From: Methanobacteriota archaeon
Lineage (GTDB): Archaea; Hydrothermarchaeota; Hydrothermarchaeia; Hydrothermarchaeales; JACRDW01
DNA: 15,475 bases
Reading direction: 5' to 3'
Assembly: GCA_043820925.1 (NCBI GenBank)
Contig: JBDRDL010000018.1
Location: 1 to 15,475, forward strand
The notes beneath the pieces were generated by a model, which ran no database searches, was not told where the DNA came from, and saw nothing but the letters and a program-made list of their open reading frames with translations. Each line of letters opens with the position of its first letter. The first letter of the stretch is position 1. The translations under genes and the position numbers were made by a program. This document shows, piece after piece, positions 8,877-14,627 of the stretch.

Positions 8877-10493
8877 ATGAAAAGTGCAGAGCTTTTTGTG
8901 AAGTGCCTTGAAACCGAGGGCTGCAAGGTAATTTTTGGTCTTCCGGGAGAGGAAACCCTGGAAATAATGGAAGCGATAGAAGATTCTTCAATACGCTTCT
9001 TTTTGACTAGGCATGAAGCGACAGCAAGTTTTGCAGCAGGTGCATATGGCAGGATGACGATGAAGCCGGGAGTCTGTCTTTCCACCTTGGGTCCCGGCGC
9101 CGTTAATCTTGCCATAGGCGTAGCCGATGCATTGCTCGACCGTTCGCCAGTGCTTGCGGTAACCGGGCAAACAGAAAGCTCCAAACTTGGAATGCAGAGG
9201 CACCAGCTAATAAATCTGGAAGAATTCTTCAGACCACTAACGAAATGGACAGCGGTGCTAATTAACGGCGATGCAGTACCGGAGAAAGTGAGAAAGGCTT
9301 ACAGGGTTGCGAAAACCATTCCAATGGGTCCTGTGCATCTGGATTTCCCAGTCGATGTACAGTCTCAGGAAACCAATAAGCTGCCCCTGTCTAAGGAAAC
9401 CAAATGGATAGTTAGAGAGCCGATAGACCCAAAGAAACTGAAAGAGGTAGCAGCAAAAATCGAGAGCGCAAGCTTTCCAGTTGTGGTTACTGGACTGAGC
9501 TGCGTTAGGAGGGGACATCATAACTCTCTGCAAAAATTCGCAGAAGCATACAGCCTTCCAGTTGTAACTACTCCACTGAGCAAGGGTGTTTTACCTGCCG
9601 GGCACGAGCTAAGCTTTGGAGTCATCTCTCCTCTCTGCTCTACAGTTACTTTAAAGCTAATAGACCAGAGCGACTTGATAATTACAGTAGGCTATGACTT
9701 CATAGAGGTAGACACCAGCTTTTGGCTGAGGCGAGGAACAGAAGTGATTCACATAGACTATATCCCGGCAGACGTGGACGAATCCTACAATGCGAGCGTC
9801 GAAATACTCGGCAATATAGGAGTTATTTTGGATGCATTGACTAAACTTTCAAAAGGAAGAAAGAAAAGCGAATTGCTAAACGGGTACAAGCAGGGGTTAG
9901 TCCAAGATTTGTCTCAGGGGAGCGATTCGGATGCATTTCCAGTCAAGCCCCAGCGTCTGATTCGTGATTTGCGCAGCGCCAGCGAAAAAAATGCGATTAT
10001 ATGCGTCGATACTGGCGCAGTTAAGTATCTGATGACGCGCTATTGGAGAGTTTATGCAAAGCGCACTTTTTTCCTAACCAACGGCCTCGCCTCGATGGGC
10101 TTTGCTGTGCCCGCTGCAATAGCAGGAAAGCTGGTTTTTCCAGAACGTCAAGTTTTTGCGGTTGCGGGCGATGGTGGCTTTCAAATGTCTCTTTCTGACC
10201 TTAAAACCATTGTTGCGAACAACCTAGATATAAACATCGTTTTATTCGACAACTCTGGCTATGGAATCGTTGCGGCAAGGCAAGAGATTTCTGGCAAGCG
10301 AGTTTTCGGCACGACTTTTGAAAATCCGGACTTCTGCAAAATCGCCGAGGCTGCTGGAATGAAAGCTTATTCCGTCCAAGGAGCAAGCGAAATAATACCT
10401 GCCATTCAAGAAGCTTTGAATGATGGAAAAGCTTCCCTGGTTCACGTGCCTGTCGAAAGAAGCGAAGTTGAAATAATGAAGGCGCTAAAATGA
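8877..10493 (+). CDS. Thiamine-diphosphate enzyme, acetolactate synthase large subunit-like (IlvB family)
   Basis: IFGLPGEE, catalytic TRHE, STLGPGAVNL, GPVHLDFPVDV, LASMGFAVPAAIAGK and ThDP motif GDGGFQMS...LFDNSGYG. Substrate cannot be determined from motifs. Confidence 0.88.
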   Translation: MKSAELFVKCLETEGCKVIFGLPGEETLEIMEAIEDSSIRFFLTRHEATASFAAGAYGRMTMKPGVCLSTLGPGAVNLAIGVADALLDRSPVLAVTGQTESSKLGMQRHQLINLEEFFRPLTKWTAVLINGDAVPEKVRKAYRVAKTIPMGPVHLDFPVDVQSQETNKLPLSKETKWIVREPIDPKKLKEVAAKIESASFPVVVTGLSCVRRGHHNSLQKFAEAYSLPVVTTPLSKGVLPAGHELSFGVISPLCSTVTLKLIDQSDLIITVGYDFIEVDTSFWLRRGTEVIHIDYIPADVDESYNASVEILGNIGVILDALTKLSKGRKKSELLNGYKQGLVQDLSQGSDSDAFPVKPQRLIRDLRSASEKNAIICVDTGAVKYLMTRYWRVYAKRTFFLTNGLASMGFAVPAAIAGKLVFPERQVFAVAGDGGFQMSLSDLKTIVANNLDINIVLFDNSGYGIVAARQEISGKRVFGTTFENPDFCKIAEAAGMKAYSVQGASEIIPAIQEALNDGKASLVHVPVERSEVEIMKALK

Positions 10494-11113
10494 AAGATGC
10501 AATCTGCGACCTGAGATTTCTTCTGAATCGCGGCTATAACAAGAGCTCTGCAGTAAATTTTGTTGCGAACAAGTACAAGCTTGGAATCAAGTCCAGGAAC
10601 TTTTTGGTCAGGGCAGTATTTTCTCTCTCAGAAGCAGAGGAGCACAGAAAAAAGCGAATAGATATCAAAAAAATTAAAGGCAGGGGAATCGTCATCGACG
10701 GCTACAATGTTTTAATTACAGTAGAGAGCGCTCTGAAAGGCAAGGAAGTCATTTTATGCGACGACGGCTTTGTCAGGGATACCTCAGCCACATTCGGCAA
10801 GTACAAGCTTTCTAAGGTTACTCTTCCTGCAATTGAAAAAATAATGAAAATCCTGAAGAGCAACGCCGTTGGCAGAGCGCTGTTCATTTTTGATTCACAG
10901 GTTAGCTTTAGCGGAGAGCTGTGTAGGTTAATTAGAGAAAAGCTTGCCGAGCATGCATTGAATGGCGATGCGATTACCTCCGAGAGCGCTGACTATATAA
11001 TTATCAAAAGCAAAGGAATCGTATGCACAAGCGACAGAGCAATAATAAAAAAGGCAGCGAAGGTTGTGGATATCCCATACTACATAGCTAAACGTTCAAA
11101 AAAGGGCCCGTAG
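10490..11113 (+). CDS. DUF434 domain protein (PIN/NYN-like fold, putative)
   Basis: DLRFLLNRGY, IDGYNVLITVES, DDGFVRD, FDSQVSFSGEL, ADY, TSD. ATGA overlap with the upstream gene. Family recalled from motifs. Confidence 0.82.
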   Translation: MKDAICDLRFLLNRGYNKSSAVNFVANKYKLGIKSRNFLVRAVFSLSEAEEHRKKRIDIKKIKGRGIVIDGYNVLITVESALKGKEVILCDDGFVRDTSATFGKYKLSKVTLPAIEKIMKILKSNAVGRALFIFDSQVSFSGELCRLIREKLAEHALNGDAITSESADYIIIKSKGIVCTSDRAIIKKAAKVVDIPYYIAKRSKKGP

Positions 11114-11178
11114 CCTAGTCCGGATAGGGCACCGGCCTTCTAAGCCGGGGGTCGCGGGTTCGAATCCCGCCGGGCCCG
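11104..11178 (+). tRNA. tRNA-Arg(TCT)
   Basis: Acceptor GGGCCCG/CGGGCCC, discriminator G. Anticodon stem CCGGC/GCCGG with loop CT-TCT-AA (anticodon 11139-11141). T arm GCGGG-TTCGAAT-CCCGC. No intron, no encoded CCA. Confidence 0.97.
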
Positions 11179-11186
11179 TTTTGTCA

Positions 11187-11299
11187 GCACTTCGTCGTAT
11201 CGTCGCTTCGCTCCTCACTCCTCTGCCGAGACCCATTTTCCGTCAACGCTTTTGCACAGCAAAAGGGTTGGTTCTCGAATTCGCCGGGCCCGTTTGTCA
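11187..11299. mobile_element. Putative small non-autonomous tRNA-associated element, copy 1 (hairpins plus duplicated tRNA-Arg 3' end)
   Basis: Lies between tRNA-Arg and a copy of its 3' end. Contains hairpin CAAC-G-CTTTTGC-ACA-GCAAAAG-G-GTTG (11244-11270). Shares CATTTTCC, CGTCAACG and AAAAGG..TGGTTCT with the segment after tRNA-Leu. Mobility is inferred. Confidence 0.5.
11275..11299 (+). repeat. Degenerate direct repeat of tRNA-Arg 3' end and trailer (att-like)
   Basis: TCGAATTCGCCGGGCCCGTTTGTCA versus TCGAATCCCGCCGGGCCCGTTTTGTCA (11160-11186). Exact 14-nt core CGCCGGGCCCGTTT at 11168-11181 and 11282-11295. Confidence 0.88.
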
Positions 11300-11402
11300 T
11301 ATGTTTTGGAGGAGGTACGAGACGTGAAACCACAATTATTAAATACCAAGAGAGTCTTAGTTTATTCGTTTACTACTAAGAAAAAGGTGAAGGTGGGTAA
11401 AA

Positions 11403-11576
11403 ATGGTTAGGGGATTTTGTAAAGTGTGTGGAACCCAAGTGGGTGGGTTTATGAAACCAACAGCATGGCAATGTCCTAGATGCAAGCTAGTATATTGTGA
11501 TAAATGTACTCCAAAAGTTGGAACAATTTTTAAAAAGCCCAGTTGCCCAGATTGCGGAATTGAATTAATTAAGTAA
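11403..11576 (+). CDS. 57-aa protein with four CxxC motifs (two-zinc C4C4 finger)
   Basis: MVRGFCKVCGTQVGGFMKPTAWQCPRCKLVYCDKCTPKVGTIFKKPSCPDCGIELIK*. SD-like AGGTGA/AGGTGG upstream. Ends 14 nt before the next ORF. Below the track cutoff. Confidence 0.85.
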   Translation: MVRGFCKVCGTQVGGFMKPTAWQCPRCKLVYCDKCTPKVGTIFKKPSCPDCGIELIK

Positions 11577-11590
11577 AGAGCGAATAGGCC

Positions 11591-12010
11591 ATGATACCAT
11601 TATCGCTAGGTGAAGAAGTTATATTAAGTGGCCATGGTAAATACGGTAACACACAAGGTGTGCTTTATTTAACGAATCGAAGAATTGTTTTTGAATATGA
11701 AAGGGGTTTTATCTCAAAGACAACAGTAGTGCCTGTGAATTTTCCACTTTCCACTATTGCTGGAGTTTCCGTAGGCGGTCTTATTAAAAAATTAGTCATT
11801 ACCGTACAAAGAGGAGTAATCCCAGGACCAATAAACTACGAATTCAATATTGGCGAGCCTGAAAGGTGGGCACGGAGGATTCAGATGGCCATGTCAGAAA
11901 CTCCTTCAACGGTACAAAGAACTGTTCAAGCAAAACGTTGTATAAGTTGTGGAAATCTCGCTGAAGCATATATGACTTATTGTCCAGTATGTCGAAGTCA
12001 ACTTATGTAA
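11591..12010 (+). CDS. PH/GRAM-like domain protein with C-terminal zinc ribbon
   Basis: GEEVIL...GVLYLTNRRIVF...FPLSTIAGV...terminal helix ERWARRI matches the PH-like (GRAM/bPH) pattern. C-terminal CISCG...YCPVC. Confidence 0.75.
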   Translation: MIPLSLGEEVILSGHGKYGNTQGVLYLTNRRIVFEYERGFISKTTVVPVNFPLSTIAGVSVGGLIKKLVITVQRGVIPGPINYEFNIGEPERWARRIQMAMSETPSTVQRTVQAKRCISCGNLAEAYMTYCPVCRSQLM

Positions 12011-12129
12011 AGAATCAAACTTATCCTGCTTGAAATTTCTTGTGAAAGAACTCACACATATCGACACCCATAATTTTTGCTTACGGCAAAACATCAGCAT
12101 TTTGTAATAATTTTTAAAGGAGGAGTTTT

Positions 12130-12243
12130 GTGGCTGGTAAACACTCGTCAAGAAAATGGAAGAAAAAAGGCAAGTGCAGATGGAAAACTAGAAAGAAGAG
12201 ATTAAAGGAAAGAAGAAGAAAAGCTAAGATAAGAGTAGGATAA
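12130..12243 (+). CDS. rpl41e: Ribosomal protein eL41 (eS32)-like, archaeal long form, 37 aa
   Basis: GTG start with GGAGG 6 nt upstream. MAGKHSSRKWKKKGKCRWKTRKKRLKERRRKAKIRVG* matches the RKWKKKGxxRWKxxKKR pattern I recall from Thermococcales eL41. Ends 19 nt before tRNA-Leu. Confidence 0.8.
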   Translation: MAGKHSSRKWKKKGKCRWKTRKKRLKERRRKAKIRVG

Positions 12244-12262
12244 TGTTATTCGAGAAGAACAA

Positions 12263-12348
12263 GCGGGGGTGTCCGAGTCTGGTCAAAGGAAACAGGCTTA
12301 GGACCTGTTAGCTTAGTGCTTGCGAGGGTTCAAATCCCTTCCCCCGCA
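12263..12348 (+). tRNA. tRNA-Leu(TAG)
   Basis: Acceptor GCGGGGG/CCCCCGC, discriminator A. Anticodon stem ACAGG/CCTGT with loop CT-TAG-GA (anticodon 12299-12301). Long variable arm AGC-TTAGT-GCT. T arm GAGGG-TTCAAAT-CCCTT. No encoded CCA. Confidence 0.97.
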
Positions 12349-12349
12349 C

Positions 12350-12662
12350 TCGCTCAGTAGGAGCGAACGCATGAGTGGCACTCGTGCCATTCCGTGAGGA
12401 AGATGGCAAATACGCCATCTTTCTATCGAAATCTCGTTCCTTCGGAACGAATGCATAGCCCTTTCTTTCTCCTCTTTGAAAAAGAGGAGCATTTTCCAAC
12501 GTAGAAGATTTGCTTTGCAAATCTTCAGACGTTGAAATTTTGCTACTTTCTTTCAGAAAGTAGAAAGGTCTATCACCCCAAAGAAAAGTAGCGTCAACGG
12601 TTTCTTTTCCCCAGGGTTTTCTTTTCAAAGAAAAGGCTGGTTCTGGTATCCCTTCCCGCGCA
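12350..12662. mobile_element. Putative small non-autonomous tRNA-associated element, copy 2 (eight-hairpin array plus duplicated tRNA-Leu 3' end)
   Basis: Inverted repeats at 12350-12366, 12373-12392, 12400-12421, 12434-12450, 12469-12489, 12497-12534, 12543-12563 and 12611-12640, then GGTTCT and the tRNA-end copy. The structure is directly visible; the element interpretation is inference. Confidence 0.5.
12648..12662 (+). repeat. Degenerate direct repeat of tRNA-Leu 3' end (att-like)
   Basis: ATCCCTTCCCGCGCA versus ATCCCTTCCCCCGCA (12334-12348), 14/15 identical. Both are preceded by GGTTC a few nt upstream. Confidence 0.8.
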
Positions 12663-12736
12663 TTTGAATCCATTCGTCGCACTTCCATCGCTTTGTAGGC
12701 GCAATTAAAATAAAGGAGCGGAGCCAAGCATATATC

Positions 12737-12988
12737 ATGATAGGCTTCCAGGAACTGTTCCTGTTATTGCTAATCCTCCTCTTAATATTTGGAGGTAGAA
12801 AGCTTCCTGAGCTTGCACGCTCTCTAGGCAGGGCAAAGAAGGAGTTTGAGGAGGGTGCGACTGAAGACTCGGTAAGAATTAGGAAGATTGCGCAGAATTT
12901 GGGCATTCCGACAGAAGGTAAGACCGACGAGCAGCTCCTCCGCGAAATCGAGGCGCTGGGAAAGATTTCCATCGAATCCGAGCCCTAA
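12737..12988 (+). CDS. tatA: Twin-arginine translocase subunit TatA
   Basis: MIGFQELFLLLLILLLIFGGRKLPELARSLGRAKKEFEEG: short TM helix, FG hinge and amphipathic helix. Confidence 0.95.
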   Translation: MIGFQELFLLLLILLLIFGGRKLPELARSLGRAKKEFEEGATEDSVRIRKIAQNLGIPTEGKTDEQLLREIEALGKISIESEP

Positions 12989-13018
12989 ATTTATAGGCAA
13001 GAAAATCAAATAGTACTT

Positions 13019-14269
13019 ATGCGCCTCCTGCTAATCCACCCAAAATTTCCGTACAGAGGAAAAGACCTTTTTCCAATAGGGCTGGGATATCTTGCAAGCG
13101 TTGCAAGAGATAGAGCAGAAGTCTTTGTTCTGGACGAAAACGTGGAAGCATTTGACGCAGAAAAAATAAGAAAAATCAGCCCTGACATTATTGGAATAAC
13201 CGCAACGACTCCTTCTTTCCCAAGGGCGGTTGAAATCGTCAGGGCGATTAAGGAAATTAAAGCGAAGATAATAATGGGCGGTACTCATGTAACCTTCGCA
13301 CCCGAAGAGGCGCTCAGAGAAGGTGCAGGTGTTGTGATAAGAGGGGAAGGAGAAGCAACTTTCTCAGAGCTGCTTGACTCCAAGAATCTCGAAAAAATAA
13401 ATGGCATATCCTACGTTACAGACGGAAAAATCATTCACAACCCGGACAGAGAGCTTATAAAAAATCTGGACGAGATACCTTTTCCTGCGAGAGAATATTT
13501 TCCACTGAAGGAATACGGTATAATGTCTCTCGTCACAAGCAGGGGGTGCCCGTACTCCTGCTCCTACTGCTCCTCTACCAGATTCTGGAGGCAGAGGGTA
13601 AGATTCCGCTCTCCTGAAAACGTTATAGAAGAGCTGAAGCAAATCTCAAAACTGGGCTTTAAGCTTGTTAGATTCATGGACAGCACATTTACTCTGGACC
13701 AGCAACGTGCAATAAGAATCTGCGAGCTGATAAAGGAAAGCATAGATATTAAATGGAGCTGTGAAACCAGAGCTGACTTCGTAAGCGACGCCCTGCTTGA
13801 AGCGCTTTCCTCTGCAGGCTGCAGGTTAATCTGTCTCGGCGTTGATTCCGGCTCCCAGGAAGTCCTGGACAAGTGCCGCCGCAGCATAGACGTTGCGACG
13901 ATGAAAAAAGCCTTTGAGAAAATAAGAAAATATGGAATTTCTACCAGGGCTTATATTACCTTCGGCTTTCCGGAAGAAACTGAGAAAACGGTAAAAGAGA
14001 CTATTCGATTTTTAGAAGAAGTTAAACCTGAGCAAAATTTGCTTTCACTTGCAACAGCCTATCCTGGCACCGAGCTGTGGAGCGGCAAAACAATCGAGGC
14101 GCACCCAGATTGGATAGCGAAATTCCATGGACACGGCGTGGGGGGCAGGCTGTACTTACCTGAAGGAATGACGAGAAAAGAGTACATTAGACTGGCTGAA
14201 GAGATGTGGAAAGCTGTGAAAAAATTAAATAGCGAAGCTGCAATTAAGAAGCATGGGCTTTCTGGATGA
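13019..14269 (+). CDS. Cobalamin-binding radical SAM protein (class B methyltransferase-like)
   Basis: N-terminal B12-binding domain (PIGLGYLAS, GGTHVT, RGEGE), then TSRGCPYSCSYC (CxxxCxxC), DSTFT, GVDSGSQ, GFPEET, YPGTEL. Confidence 0.92.
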   Translation: MRLLLIHPKFPYRGKDLFPIGLGYLASVARDRAEVFVLDENVEAFDAEKIRKISPDIIGITATTPSFPRAVEIVRAIKEIKAKIIMGGTHVTFAPEEALREGAGVVIRGEGEATFSELLDSKNLEKINGISYVTDGKIIHNPDRELIKNLDEIPFPAREYFPLKEYGIMSLVTSRGCPYSCSYCSSTRFWRQRVRFRSPENVIEELKQISKLGFKLVRFMDSTFTLDQQRAIRICELIKESIDIKWSCETRADFVSDALLEALSSAGCRLICLGVDSGSQEVLDKCRRSIDVATMKKAFEKIRKYGISTRAYITFGFPEETEKTVKETIRFLEEVKPEQNLLSLATAYPGTELWSGKTIEAHPDWIAKFHGHGVGGRLYLPEGMTRKEYIRLAEEMWKAVKKLNSEAAIKKHGLSG

Positions 14270-14612
14270 AGAGAGAATTTTGGAGAAACTCGACCCAAAT
14301 TTCAGAAAATTGAGCGCTGCTGAACTATCAAACCTTATACAAAAGAAAGCGTCGCAGGAAGAGAAAAACCTATTTCTAAAACCATACAGAGAGAAAATGC
14401 CCCTCTGCCGGAGGGCAGAAGAGTTCATCAAAGTTGGCAGGCTTAATCAGGCGGTTGAACTTCTGAATCATGCGCTGTCTATGGGCTACTTCGGGAACGA
14501 ATATGCATACGGCTTGCTCGGCGATGCTTACCTGAAGCGCGGCGATGCTGCAAAGGCGGTTGAAATGTACAGAAAGTCGGACTCGATAGATTCTATTAAA
14601 AAAATTAAGTGA
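14253..14612 (+). CDS. Tetratricopeptide-repeat protein
   Basis: C-terminal TPR-like helices AEEFIKVGRLNQAVELLNHAL and AYGLLGDAYLKRGDAAKAVEMYRKS. Overlaps the radical SAM gene by 17 nt. Confidence 0.7.
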   Translation: MGFLDEERILEKLDPNFRKLSAAELSNLIQKKASQEEKNLFLKPYREKMPLCRRAEEFIKVGRLNQAVELLNHALSMGYFGNEYAYGLLGDAYLKRGDAAKAVEMYRKSDSIDSIKKIK

Positions 14613-14627
14613 TTGGGCAAATAGCAC

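Noticed and set aside
11275..11299. Additional, split or permuted tRNA gene
   Set aside because: Only a damaged 3' fragment with an indel in the T stem, with no matching 5' half or bulge-helix-bulge context. The same applies to 12648-12662.
11104..12348. Intact integrated virus or plasmid between the two tRNAs
   Set aside because: No integrase or replication gene. Each duplicated end matches only its own nearby tRNA, and a core gene (eL41) lies in the interval.
12350..12640. CRISPR array
   Set aside because: The hairpins are not copies of one repeat, spacing is irregular, and no cas genes are present.
12308..12727. 139-aa minus-strand ORF in the track
   Set aside because: Runs antisense through the hairpin array and into tRNA-Leu, has no recognisable motif, and is better explained by the non-coding structure.
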